DNA of 32,000 nucleotides, from positions 1,440,001 to 1,472,000 of the forward strand of contig NZ_CP010904.1 of NCBI RefSeq assembly GCF_001017655.1, written 5' to 3'. Below, piece by piece: positions 1 through 9,375 of this stretch. Position numbers and translations under genes: made by a program. The DNA is from Kiritimatiella glycovorans (lineage in GTDB: Bacteria; Verrucomicrobiota; Kiritimatiellia; Kiritimatiellales; Kiritimatiellaceae). The stretch's first letter is position 1, and every line of letters starts with the position of its first letter. The notes under the pieces are model-generated. The model saw only the letters and a list, made by a program, of their open reading frames with translations. It had not been told where the DNA came from and did no database searches.

Positions 1-572
1 CAGAGCGCTTCGATAAAACGGCCCCACTCCTCGTAATCCCGCGGCGGCGCGATCTGTCCGTAAGCCCCGGTCGATTCGTAGGCCTGCATCGCATAGGGCA
101 CGTTGTCGAGCGAGATGATGATGTCGCGGTAGCCCATCTCGAGGTAGGGGTTCAGTCGCTTTTTCACCCACTCGAACCGGTACTGCAGTTCGCCGTTTTC
201 ATCCTCGTACGCGAGATCCAGCTTCGCCGGCTCATCGAATCCGGACTGACGCGCCCACGCCTTCTGATAGCCGCCGCAGAAACGGACGATCGAGATCGTG
301 TCGACAAACGGGATCTCTTCTTCATAGGGCCGTTTACGATACGGAAACGACGTCTCGAACATGTACTCGGGAATCGTGACCAGCCCCTGCCGAAGGCTCG
401 TGAGGTGGCCCTGAAGCTGGTGACCGCGGTAAAACCCGTCCCACTTCCCGATCGACGCGGCGTCTTCAAAATCCGCGCGGACCTCGCGAACGTCGCGGGC
501 GCCGGTCAAAGACGCCGGAAGAAGGGTCAGCAGCAGAGCGGCGACCATCCATGATATGGCGCGGTGTTTCAT
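1..572 (-). CDS. Secreted glycoside-hydrolase-like protein, N-terminal part (CDS runs off the left edge). Paralog of the next gene.
   Basis: This CDS is not in the ORF track, which only shows an out-of-frame ORF at 164..469. Reading the minus strand by hand from the ATG at 572-570 gives MKHRAISWMVAALLLTLLPASLTGA (signal-like). It continues through FPYRKRPYEEEIPFVDTISIVRFCGG, NGELQYRFEWVKKRLNPYLEMGYRDIIISLDNVPYAM and GAYGQIAPPRDYEEWGRFIEAL, with no stop down to position 1. These blocks align with the 632..2398 protein (FPYPKK..APFADHLSVVRLLGG, SGELFYRWDLLKARLDPYVTRGYDLTLVLDNVPYCL, GTYGQAAPPSDFNEWQTFIREM). Confidence 0.7.
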   Translation of the reverse strand, partial: MKHRAISWMVAALLLTLLPASLTGARDVREVRADFEDAASIGKWDGFYRGHQLQGHLTSLRQGLVTIPEYMFETSFPYRKRPYEEEIPFVDTISIVRFCGGYQKAWARQSGFDEPAKLDLAYEDENGELQYRFEWVKKRLNPYLEMGYRDIIISLDNVPYAMQAYESTGAYGQIAPPRDYEEWGRFIEAL

Positions 573-631
573 TTTATCCTCCCAGGATTCTTTTTCGTTC
601 TTTATACAGAACCTCGTCGCGGCCAGCAAAT

Positions 632-2398
632 TTACCGGAACACCACGACTGTTACAGACGGGCATTCCGCGTGGAATGTAACCATGGTGCTGCCGGGATC
701 GCCGCCGAACCACTGGCGCCAGACAGGGGCCCCCTCCTCCACCACGGCCATGCCGTCGAACGGGACCCGCGTCAGCGAATCCTTCATCATGCCGAGATAG
801 CGGTCCCAGTTCTTTCGGACAAACGTCCGGCCCTCTGCGCGGTCTGCAGCCATCACGGTATAGCCGCCTTCCGAGACCACGGTCGCCGGTTCTCCGCGGT
901 GTTCCCTGTGTTTCTCCGAGAGCAGGCCCGCGGCCTCCAGGTCGCGGCGGATCACGTCATAGACCGAGGTCTCACGGTTGAAGACCAGTTGCTCCGCAGC
1001 CTTCAGCCGCGTCGGGAGAACCTCGCCCGGAAGGTCGACGATCAGTTCGCCGGATTCATGTTTTTCCCGATCGACGTTCCAGTTCGCGACCACGAGAATC
1101 GCTTCGTCGCGTTTTACCGAGAGCATGGCTTTCTGCGTATGGCCGTGATCTTCGGACGCGGTGACCGGAACGGTGTAGAGCGCGCCTCCGCGCATCCGTT
1201 CAAACACGTGATACAGCCAGGCGTGCCCCTGCATCAGGACGTGATCGCCATCGATCCACTCAAAGATGCCCCAGTGCCAGAGGCGATCGCAGCCGACTTC
1301 CTTCATCTCCGCTATGGTATGCAGATTCTGGGCGGCCCCGCGCGCGCCGGTATCGAGTCCGTAGACGCCGCCCTCGGTGTTCAGGTGCGGTCCGTACTCA
1401 TGCACTTCGCGCGAGATACCCTCGTGCTTCGGCGCAATACCTTCGATCGTCTCCCACAACCGCTCGAATTCCGGCACACGCTGATCGGGATGGATGTTGC
1501 CGAATTTGCCGGGCTTGGGATTGCTGGAGAAGTAGTAGAACGACCGCGCGAGGAAGTCGAACGGGGCCCCGATCTCTCCGGTGGCGCGGTTGGTGCCGTT
1601 CGCGCAGTGCTCGGCCAGATCGAAGATGCTGACGTTCCCTTCGACCAGGCCCTCGAAGGTATCGAAGTTCCCGTGCGGCATCGACCGGTTGAACGGCCCG
1701 AACTTCGCCCCGGGCAGGACCTCCTTCACGGCGGCCGCGGCGTGGTCATAGGTCTGCAGGAACTCCTCATACGTCCCGTCGAAGCGCCGCCGATCCTGCA
1801 TCTCGGTTCCCATGCGGAACCGGAGACGGTTCGCGTACGAAGCCCCGTAGAGCCGCTTCAACTCCAGGCACATCTCGCGGATAAAGGTCTGCCATTCATT
1901 GAAATCGGACGGCGGAGCGGCCTGTCCGTACGTCCCCTTGCGAGGTTCGTCGGGCAGGCAGTAGGGGACGTTGTCGAGCACGAGTGTGAGGTCATATCCG
2001 CGTGTAACATACGGATCCAGCCGCGCCTTGAGCAGGTCCCAGCGGTAAAAGAGTTCGCCCGAATCATTCCGCCCGACGAGGTCGTTCGGATCGTTATGCC
2101 GGTCGGGCGGGAGCTTGGGATCATGCCATCCGCCGAGCAGTCGCACGACGGACAGGTGGTCGGCAAACGGCGCCTCGATGTCGGCCTCCTTCTTCGGGTA
2201 CGGGAAGTCCGTCTCCTGCAGCCAGTCGGGCATATCCCGTAACCACATGGCTTTGGCGAGGGTGCGATCCAGGACCGCCGTGTTGCGGTAAAACCCGTCC
2301 ATCGTCCCGAGCGCCAGGATCTCCTCTTCCGCCTCCGCACCGAAAACTCCGCAAGCCAGTGCAACTCCCGTCAATATGACCCGTATTCTCCGCTTCAT
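632..2398 (-). CDS. Secreted glycoside-hydrolase-like protein. A TIM-barrel / clan GH-A type fold is suspected, and the family is not identified.
   Basis: The track ORF is 632..2455. I prefer the internal ATG at 2398 (MKRRIRVILTGVALACGVFGAEA, a signal peptide), which is preceded by GGTGGAG. The ORF is long with G/C-rich third codon positions, and it is a paralog of the truncated gene at 1..572. The hydrolase call is a weak resemblance judged by eye, not a motif-level identification. Confidence 0.6.
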   Translation of the reverse strand: MKRRIRVILTGVALACGVFGAEAEEEILALGTMDGFYRNTAVLDRTLAKAMWLRDMPDWLQETDFPYPKKEADIEAPFADHLSVVRLLGGWHDPKLPPDRHNDPNDLVGRNDSGELFYRWDLLKARLDPYVTRGYDLTLVLDNVPYCLPDEPRKGTYGQAAPPSDFNEWQTFIREMCLELKRLYGASYANRLRFRMGTEMQDRRRFDGTYEEFLQTYDHAAAAVKEVLPGAKFGPFNRSMPHGNFDTFEGLVEGNVSIFDLAEHCANGTNRATGEIGAPFDFLARSFYYFSSNPKPGKFGNIHPDQRVPEFERLWETIEGIAPKHEGISREVHEYGPHLNTEGGVYGLDTGARGAAQNLHTIAEMKEVGCDRLWHWGIFEWIDGDHVLMQGHAWLYHVFERMRGGALYTVPVTASEDHGHTQKAMLSVKRDEAILVVANWNVDREKHESGELIVDLPGEVLPTRLKAAEQLVFNRETSVYDVIRRDLEAAGLLSEKHREHRGEPATVVSEGGYTVMAADRAEGRTFVRKNWDRYLGMMKDSLTRVPFDGMAVVEEGAPVWRQWFGGDPGSTMVTFHAECPSVTVVVFR

Positions 2399-2473
2399 CG
2401 CTCCACCTTTCTTAATATTTCGCCTTATGTAAATGTATTCACTCCGTCCTGGCAAGGCTGGCTGACGCCTTAT

Positions 2474-3679
2474 TCAACGCGTTTCCTGATCGTGCGGACC
2501 GTGAAATATCTGATGACGCTCGGACCACGACCAGCTCGCCGGATCGAGTTCCAGGGGGTTCCGTGGCCGGGTATGATCCTCCATGTATTGCAGCGTCGCG
2601 GGCCAGGCCTCCAGGCCACTCAAAGCGTCCATCGCACGCACGTTCTGCCATCCTACGATATTCGCGGCCTGAACAGCCTCTTCCGGACCGAACCCGCGCA
2701 TGAAGGCGGAGAGGAATCCGGCGATCGAGGAGTCCCCCGACCCCGTCGCGGAGACGACCGGATCGGCGCGATACGAGGGACCCCAGAGTTCCCGGCCGGA
2801 CCATGCCCGCGTGTCCCCGGGCCGCACCCGGCCCAGGTTCGCCCAGCGATCGGCCCCGGCGGTTCGAAGGTAAAATCCGCACTCCCCGCTCTTGAGGGTG
2901 ACGGCTGCGGCGCCCCATTCGAGGGCGGAATCGGAAAGCGCACCATAATCATCCGGTTGATACGCCCGCACGGGGTCGCCGTCCTCCGCCTCGGATTCCC
3001 TGCGATGAAAGAGATCGCGGTCGAGCATGTAGGCGAGTTCTTCAATACTCGGCAGAAAGAGGTCGACGTGCGGCAGGACATTCCGAAGTACCGATGTCCA
3101 ATCCAGCTCACCCGCCTCAGTCCCGGCGGCGGGCAGGGACATGTCCAGGCTGGTCGTCGCCCCGAGTTCCTTCGCGCGACGCATAATCACGGCGAGTTCC
3201 GCGCCGTCATCCCGATACAACCGCTTCATCGCGGGGGGATAACCCAGATGGAAGAGCCCCGCCGATTCTACGGCGGACCAATCGATATCCTCCGCACCGA
3301 AGGTGGCGTTCACGCCCTCGTGATGGAGGAAAATACGGTCCCGGCCGGGCACGGCGAGCACGACGGTGTACGACGAAGTTCCCTCGGGGTCGAGGGTCAT
3401 CGACCGGCTGCGCTCTTCCCCGAGAATCGCCCGCAGCGTGGTGCTCAACACGTCGTCGCCGGTCTTTCCGCACAGACTTACATCAAATCCCAGTTTGGCC
3501 AGCCCGATCCCGGTGTTCGGCACCGGGCCTCCGAGACTCAGATGGCAATCGTCCATCGGAATCAGTTTGCCCGGCCGGAACAGGGTCGCCATATCGTTGC
3601 CCGTTTCGGCGCGGAATTTCGGCGCGAGATCAAGGCAGGTAAGCCCCGCTACAACCACTCCGGGAAGAGATTCGCTCAT
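2474..3679 (-). CDS. PfkB-family (ribokinase-like) carbohydrate kinase
   Basis: 401 aa. The N-terminus VVVAGLTCLDL and the C-terminal anion-hole region TGSGDSSIAGFLSAFMRG are typical of PfkB/ribokinase-fold sugar kinases. The start overlaps the upstream stop in an ATGA overlap (3676-3679), which suggests translational coupling. Confidence 0.85.
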   Translation of the reverse strand: MSESLPGVVVAGLTCLDLAPKFRAETGNDMATLFRPGKLIPMDDCHLSLGGPVPNTGIGLAKLGFDVSLCGKTGDDVLSTTLRAILGEERSRSMTLDPEGTSSYTVVLAVPGRDRIFLHHEGVNATFGAEDIDWSAVESAGLFHLGYPPAMKRLYRDDGAELAVIMRRAKELGATTSLDMSLPAAGTEAGELDWTSVLRNVLPHVDLFLPSIEELAYMLDRDLFHRRESEAEDGDPVRAYQPDDYGALSDSALEWGAAAVTLKSGECGFYLRTAGADRWANLGRVRPGDTRAWSGRELWGPSYRADPVVSATGSGDSSIAGFLSAFMRGFGPEEAVQAANIVGWQNVRAMDALSGLEAWPATLQYMEDHTRPRNPLELDPASWSWSERHQIFHGPHDQETR

Positions 3680-4368
3680 GATGCCCCACCGCCCCCTTCG
3701 GGGTAATCGCCGACCAGGAGATGCAGCGGCGGCTCATCTTCCTCGATTTCGGGAAAGCGGAGCTGGGGTTCCAGAAAGGCGTTGTCGCGGTGATCGTCAT
3801 TCACCGCCGACACCTCGCCGACCAGAACCGGTCCGCAGCCGGCCTCCCCCCAGAAACTGTGGTAGAGCCGTGGCGTAAGGGTAATGCTCTCGCCCGGCTC
3901 CAGCCTCACGTCGGTCCCCGGCGGCACGGTCTGCATCACGCCGTCTTTGGAAAACGTCACGGGATCATCCGAAAGAGTCTCGTCTTCCGCGGCCGTGTGA
4001 ACACGGAGAATCAGGGTCCCGCCCCCGCGATTGATGATGTCCTCGGTCTTCTTCCAGTGGTGGTGCGTGAGGGTGAGCTGGTTCTCGCCTACGATCATAA
4101 TTTTTTCAGCATAGGGCTTGGGGTAGCGCGCGTCGCCCGGCACGCCGTTGCGCAGCGTAAAAAGCGTCAGGCCCTGTTCATGAAAGTGGCCCCGCCCGAA
4201 ATCGGTCAAATCCCATCCGATCCCGCAGTCGATGATTTCACGTGCCTCCGAACCTCGCGCCCGAAACTCGTCGGGCGACCAGAAGGCCACCGGAGGGAGG
4301 ACGAACTGCATGCGTTCAAAGAACGCCTTCGATTCGCGCAGGATTTCGTTGATCTCAGATCGTTTCAT
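3676..4368 (-). CDS. D-lyxose/D-mannose ketol-isomerase family protein (cupin)
   Basis: MKRSEINEILRESKAFFERMQFVLPP...WDLTDFGRGHFHEQGLTLFTLRNG...KPYAEKIMIVGENQLTLTHHHWKKTEDIINRGGG matches my memory of the YdaE / Z5688-type D-lyxose isomerase family. That family has an HHxxK..ED metal-site region. The start is taken at 4368 (MKRS). ATG 4377 is also possible, and the track start at 4410 would overlap the upstream gene. Confidence 0.8.
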   Translation of the reverse strand: MKRSEINEILRESKAFFERMQFVLPPVAFWSPDEFRARGSEAREIIDCGIGWDLTDFGRGHFHEQGLTLFTLRNGVPGDARYPKPYAEKIMIVGENQLTLTHHHWKKTEDIINRGGGTLILRVHTAAEDETLSDDPVTFSKDGVMQTVPPGTDVRLEPGESITLTPRLYHSFWGEAGCGPVLVGEVSAVNDDHRDNAFLEPQLRFPEIEEDEPPLHLLVGDYPEGGGGAS

Positions 4369-4387
4369 GTCACCCATTTCCTTCCGG

Positions 4388-5245
4388 CTACCATGATTTT
4401 CCATTGGCAAACTTCTGAATGATCCCCGCGATCGACGTCTTCAGGGCCTCCTGAGCGGGCTCGTAATAACGTCCCGCGAGCGAGGGCGTCCGCGTTTCCC
4501 GCGCCGCGGTCACGGCGGCGATCCAGACCTTATGAATATCCGTGCAGATATTGATCTTCGCGATGCCGCGCTCGATCGCCTGAAGAAGGAGTTCGTCCGT
4601 CACGCCAGAGCCGCCGTGCAGGACGAGCGGAAGCGGCACGCGATCGGCAATACGAGCGAGGCGGTCGAGGTCGAGGTTCGGTTCGCGCCGGTACTCCCCG
4701 TGCACGGTACCGATGCCGACGGCGAGACAATCGATCCCGGTCTCGGCGACGAAGCGTTCCGCCTCCTCCGGATCGGTCAGGCCCGCCTGCTCGTCGTCGA
4801 CCTCTTCGAGATCGCCCTCGAACCCGCCTACATGGCCGAGCTCGGCCTCGATTGAACACGAGGCTTCGTGCGCCGCCCCGGCCGCCTCGCTCGAGGCGGC
4901 GATATTCTCTTCCAGCGGCAGGCGTGAGGCGTCGAGCATGACCGAGCTGAATCCGCCGTCCAGGCAGGTGCGCACTTCTTCCATCGAGGCCCCGTGATCC
5001 AGATGCAGGGCGGCGTCGATCCCGGCCTGTTCGACGTAGCATTCGACGATCGCCTTCATCGCCGCGGCGCCACCCATCAATTCATATTCCGCACGCGTGG
5101 CCTGGAAGATCACCGGCATGCGGCACTCGGCCGCCGCCTCGGCGATCGCGCGCGCACCGGCACTGCTCCAGCACTCGAATCCCCCGATCGCCATCCTCTT
5201 TCTGCGCGCTTCCACGAGCAACGCGTCCATCCGCATCAATCCCAT
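4388..5245 (-). CDS. Class II ketose-bisphosphate aldolase family protein (FBA / tagatose-bisphosphate aldolase type)
   Basis: 285 aa, with the motifs ALHLDHG, EAELGHVGG and VLHGGSG, which are characteristic of class II (metal-dependent) fructose/tagatose-bisphosphate aldolases. Confidence 0.85.
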   Translation of the reverse strand: MGLMRMDALLVEARRKRMAIGGFECWSSAGARAIAEAAAECRMPVIFQATRAEYELMGGAAAMKAIVECYVEQAGIDAALHLDHGASMEEVRTCLDGGFSSVMLDASRLPLEENIAASSEAAGAAHEASCSIEAELGHVGGFEGDLEEVDDEQAGLTDPEEAERFVAETGIDCLAVGIGTVHGEYRREPNLDLDRLARIADRVPLPLVLHGGSGVTDELLLQAIERGIAKINICTDIHKVWIAAVTAARETRTPSLAGRYYEPAQEALKTSIAGIIQKFANGKSW

Positions 5246-5278
5246 CGGATCCCCTTCCTTTCCTGAGAGTCAGCAGCG

Positions 5279-7417
5279 CTATGGATTGTCTTTCGGAAAC
5301 GTCGTGCGGCGCAGGATGGTCGACCCCATCGGCACGAGGGTCAGCGGGATCTCTTCTCCCGCGCCATTGACCATCCGACCCCGCAATCCGCACGTCGGCT
5401 CTTCCCACGGATTCAGAGGGTCCCCCTCCAGTGCGACGGGTTCGAAATCTTGGCGGGCCCCCTTGCCGTGGGGAACGGCATGAATCCAGTAGGTCCACTC
5501 CGCCCCTTCCTTCGGCGTATACTTCCTGCTTTGCAGTCGTGAGTCGGGATCGGCCTCGATGACCGTTTCCTCCAGACCACCCAGGGCCTCGCCCGGGGTA
5601 ATCACCTCGCCCGCGCCCCCGGTCTTCCACACCTGGAGGCATGTCTCTTCCGCGGGAATGCTCAGGGCATATACGAGGGAACCGCGGCGCAGGGCGTATT
5701 CCCCGTTCGCCGCGAGCGCCTTTTCCACGACGGGACTGAACTCGACCGTCACGGTATGGCCGGATTTCCACTGTTTCGAGACCACCCAGTAATCACCGTC
5801 TTTCCGGATCGCGGCGTCCGGGGCCGTAACGGTCATATCGGCCTGCGAGGCCCTATGCGCCCGGGTGCGGTCGCGCAACAGCGCGGCCTCCGGCGTCAGG
5901 GCCTCCCGCGCCTCCCCTTCCCGCCGCGCCCAACCGGGCCGGCGCAGCCACAGCTCAAACGACACGGGACGCTCGACCTCGACCGTAAAGCGGATGGTGT
6001 CGCTGAACGGATAGTCGGTTTCCTCGCGAATCGTCACCCCCGTGCCGTTCACCTTCGTGGACACCCGGCTCGGTCCGTAGGCGACGGCCGCCAATCCCCC
6101 GCCATCGGCTGTCTTCATCCACATCATCTTCGTGTAGTACGGGGCGATACGGAACATGAGAAAGGAGCAGCACGGAGGCCCCTGCACGGGACGATACCAG
6201 TAATGACCCGCGTTGTGGCGAAACCGCGTGGCCGGTTCGGGGGGCATCGCGTAGCGGTTGTCGATGGTGAAGTAGCTGTTGGCCGTCCCATCCGGAAGGC
6301 GCCCCGCCTGGGCTGCGTTGAAGAAACAGCGTTCCGCGAGATCCGCGAACCGGGACTCGCCGGTCTTTTCGGCCGTGTAGAGCGCGGAGGCCGTCAGCTC
6401 CATCGTGTCACAGTACTCGTAGGCCGTCTCCGGCGTCGGCAGCCGGCGTTCGCGCCCTACGCCTTCGTCACTCATCACGCAGAAGGAGGGGAGGAGCGCT
6501 TCGCGCGTCTTATCCCAGGCCGCCTCCGCGGCCTCCCGGTATTTCGGGTCCCCGGTGGCGTACCAGGCCCAGACCGGAATACGGAGCTGCTCGGTCCAGT
6601 GAACCCCGTGCTGGGTGGCCGCGCGGGTCGGATCCAGCAGGCGCTTCAGCTTGATGTCATCGCCCCCCGCGTTCCCCTGTTCGAAATCCTCATAGATCCA
6701 CAGCATATAGTCCCGATACGCCTCGTTGCCGGTGATGCGATAGAGCGTATGGGCCACTTCGGTCAGCACCAGTCCGTGGGAGACCGGTCCGGAAACGAAG
6801 GGGACCTCCGGTCGAGAAAAATACGATTGTTTCCCGCGGTTGTAGTGATCCATGTACCACCCCATCGCCCGCTCCACGGCCTCGAGCACCCGCGCATCGC
6901 CGGTGCCCTCGTACCAGGCCAGTAAGCCCATATACGTCCAGCCGGCCGTACAGAACTCCTCGTCATCGCCCACATGGCTGAGCCGGAGTTCGGGGGGATA
7001 GACGCCGAGATACCCGTTCTCCTCCTGGCTTTCGAGGAGGTAGTTCACGAAATCCTCCGCCTTCTCCAGCAGCGCCTCGTCCTGTGAGAGAATCGAAGCC
7101 CGGGCCAGCGAATCCATCCAGTACCCTTCGTGCGCCCCGTCGTAGAACCAGTATTCCGTTGAGTTCTGTCCCTTCGGCGCGCCGGCCTTCGAGGCGAAGA
7201 CGCGGCGCTGCACGGCGGTGCAGAACTTGTCGAAATCCGGGAGCACACCCGTCGCGGCATCGCGCTCCAGTTGAGCCTGAATCCATCCCCCCGGCCGTAC
7301 CGTTCCGAACGGGAGTTCTTCAAAGACCGGAACCGGTCGCTCCGCCGCGCTCATCACGCCCGTCCCCCAACCCAGCACCGCAACCATCAATCCGATGACT
7401 CGAATCCCTCGCATCAT
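5279..7417 (-). CDS. GH127-like (DUF1680, beta-L-arabinofuranosidase HypBA1 family) secreted glycoside hydrolase
   Basis: The start is taken at MMRGIRVIGLMVAVLGWGTGVMSAAE (signal peptide; ATG 7417 or 7414). It contains E-Y-C (AYEYCDT) and, 80 residues downstream, a C-C pair (GPPCCSF). This mirrors the Glu/Cys ... Cys-Cys zinc and nucleophile arrangement I recall for GH127 HypBA1. Confidence 0.75.
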   Translation of the reverse strand: MMRGIRVIGLMVAVLGWGTGVMSAAERPVPVFEELPFGTVRPGGWIQAQLERDAATGVLPDFDKFCTAVQRRVFASKAGAPKGQNSTEYWFYDGAHEGYWMDSLARASILSQDEALLEKAEDFVNYLLESQEENGYLGVYPPELRLSHVGDDEEFCTAGWTYMGLLAWYEGTGDARVLEAVERAMGWYMDHYNRGKQSYFSRPEVPFVSGPVSHGLVLTEVAHTLYRITGNEAYRDYMLWIYEDFEQGNAGGDDIKLKRLLDPTRAATQHGVHWTEQLRIPVWAWYATGDPKYREAAEAAWDKTREALLPSFCVMSDEGVGRERRLPTPETAYEYCDTMELTASALYTAEKTGESRFADLAERCFFNAAQAGRLPDGTANSYFTIDNRYAMPPEPATRFRHNAGHYWYRPVQGPPCCSFLMFRIAPYYTKMMWMKTADGGGLAAVAYGPSRVSTKVNGTGVTIREETDYPFSDTIRFTVEVERPVSFELWLRRPGWARREGEAREALTPEAALLRDRTRAHRASQADMTVTAPDAAIRKDGDYWVVSKQWKSGHTVTVEFSPVVEKALAANGEYALRRGSLVYALSIPAEETCLQVWKTGGAGEVITPGEALGGLEETVIEADPDSRLQSRKYTPKEGAEWTYWIHAVPHGKGARQDFEPVALEGDPLNPWEEPTCGLRGRMVNGAGEEIPLTLVPMGSTILRRTTFPKDNP

Positions 7418-7685
7418 ATCCTCTTTTGTTTGCCTGCACCTGAATAACGAGCGCTCGCGACTCTCCCGCAACCTTCCACTGTGCATGCCGGTGAGACGAA
7501 CGAAACCAGCATTTTCTTCCAGCCATAGCCCCCGAACATGACGTTCCTCCCCTTCCTGTATCTCCCCCGATTTCGCGAATCGTAACGATACCTTACGAAA
7601 TACATAAGTCGAGGATAAGCATCATGCACACTTCAAACAACCCGTGAATCGCCCGGCTCCGCTGTCGGGGCCACCGCTGCTGCCC

Positions 7686-9221
7686 TCACAGAATCGGCGT
7701 CATCAGCGAAAAGAGGTTTTCCTGAATACGTTGATACGCGGGTCGGCGCTGCCAGGAGGCGAGATCGATCTCTCGGCTGAGCGACTCGTCTTCCAGGATG
7801 ATGCGTTTCATGACATCGACGAAGTGCTCGTCATAGACCACAAAGTTCGACTCGTAATTGAGACGAAAGCTGCGGATATCCATGTTGGCCGTACCGATCA
7901 GCGCGCAGCGCCCATCGACCAGCAGGGCCTTGGCGTGGATAAACGGCGGGGGGCGTTCAAAGATGCGCACCCCTGAATCGAGCAGATCCTCATACAGGGC
8001 GCGCCCGGCCATTCCGGCGTAATAGTGATTGTTCTTCTCCGGCACGATCAGGCGCACGTCGATGCCGCGCAGCGCCGCGGAACGGAGTCCGCGAAGGATA
8101 TCGCGATTAGGAACAAAGTACGGGGTCACCGCAAGGACCTGTCGGCGCGCGGAGACGATGGAGAGAAAGAAGGCGTCCGCCATAACCTCCTGCCGGGAGG
8201 AAGGACCGCCGTTGATCATCCGGACCGCCGAGCGGCCGCAGGGTTCGAGCAGTGGAAAGTAGCGCTCCGTCAGGAGGCCATCGGGGGATTCTCCGGTCAT
8301 GAAGTACCAGTCACGCAGGAAAGTAAACTGGATTTCCTGCACGATCGGGCCGCAACACCTGAAATGGTAATCGCGAATCGGGGAACGGCCGTCGATCGTG
8401 CGGTTGGCGTCGGAGAGATTCACACCGCCCGTGAAGGCGGTCCGGCCGTCGACGATCAGGACCTTACGGTGGTTGCGTAGATTGACCTGGAACTGGCGTT
8501 TGAGCGGGTTCGCCTGGGTCCAACCGGCAACGTGCAGGTGGGGGTGACGGCGATAGCGGCGGAACAGCCCCCCGAACACGGCGCGGGATGAGCCGAACCG
8601 GTCAAAGAGCACCCGCACCTCGACCCCCTCGTCCGCCTTCTCTGCGAGGGCATCGAGAAACTCCCGCCCTGTGGCGTCATTCCCGATAATAAAGCTCTGC
8701 AGGTGGATATGATCGCGGGCCGATCTGATCGACTCCAGCATCCGGGGAAACGCCTCGTCGCCGCTCACCAGCGGCCGGACCTCGTTGCCCTGCATCAGCG
8801 GGTGGTCCGGGGCGAGGGCCTCCGTGGCCAGGTTCAATTCACGTACAAAGCCGTCCTCCGGCACCCCGGACGCATCCTCGTGAACCGCCTGCCAGTGCGC
8901 GAGAGCCCGGGCTTCGCGAGCGCGCCGTTCGGCGAGAAACTGCTGATTATGCTGATGTTTCGCAAACCCCTTGGCGGGGATGCGGTCGATCCCGAACGAC
9001 AGGTAGAGCAGCGGGCCGAGGACCGGAAACGACCAGGCGATGAAGATCCACAGCACGGCTGCGGCCGCCTCCCGGCGATCGCGCAGCAGATGCAGGCACA
9101 CGAGCACAAAGGCAGTCACATGAAGCGCCCAGCCCACGCCGAGCCAGCCGCCCAGGCGATGAACCGTGGGCATCCAGTCCCACCCCGCGAGCACGTACAC
9201 ACAGACCTCCTTGCCAGACAC
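7686..9221 (-). CDS. cls: Cardiolipin synthase (phospholipase D superfamily)
   Basis: It has two N-terminal hydrophobic helices, then two HKD motifs (NLRNHRKVLIVDG and FIHAKALLVDG). The length of about 510 aa is typical. The track start at 9221 is a GTG, and ATG 9173 is an alternative. Confidence 0.9.
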   Translation of the reverse strand: MSGKEVCVYVLAGWDWMPTVHRLGGWLGVGWALHVTAFVLVCLHLLRDRREAAAAVLWIFIAWSFPVLGPLLYLSFGIDRIPAKGFAKHQHNQQFLAERRAREARALAHWQAVHEDASGVPEDGFVRELNLATEALAPDHPLMQGNEVRPLVSGDEAFPRMLESIRSARDHIHLQSFIIGNDATGREFLDALAEKADEGVEVRVLFDRFGSSRAVFGGLFRRYRRHPHLHVAGWTQANPLKRQFQVNLRNHRKVLIVDGRTAFTGGVNLSDANRTIDGRSPIRDYHFRCCGPIVQEIQFTFLRDWYFMTGESPDGLLTERYFPLLEPCGRSAVRMINGGPSSRQEVMADAFFLSIVSARRQVLAVTPYFVPNRDILRGLRSAALRGIDVRLIVPEKNNHYYAGMAGRALYEDLLDSGVRIFERPPPFIHAKALLVDGRCALIGTANMDIRSFRLNYESNFVVYDEHFVDVMKRIILEDESLSREIDLASWQRRPAYQRIQENLFSLMTPIL

Positions 9222-9285
9222 GTATTCTTAACCCGGCGTATCGGGAAGTCAAACGAGGGGATGCGGAGAGGATGAGAGGATTGAG

Positions 9286-9375
9286 TGTGAAACCTGAAAG
9301 CTGAGACCTGAGTAAGAAATCAGAATCAGAATCAGAATCAGAGTTAGAGTCAGAGTCGGAATCAGAGTAAGAGAG
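9286..9375. repeat. Hexamer-periodic purine-rich tract (TGAAAC CTGAAA GCTGAG ... AATCAG x3 AGTTAG AGTCAG AGTCGG AATCAG AGTAAG), bracketed by an imperfect inverted repeat
   Basis: Read directly in the cls / EEP divergent intergenic region. The bracketing arms are GGGGATGCGGAGAGG (9257-9271) and CCCTTTCCGCATCCC (9378-9392). Confidence 0.7.

Noticed and set aside
7655-7672. The hairpin GGCTCCG-CTGT-CGGGGCC downstream of cls as a terminator
   Set aside because: The stem includes a G-U pair. On the minus strand it is followed by GGGCGATTCACGGG rather than a T-run, which is too weak to call.
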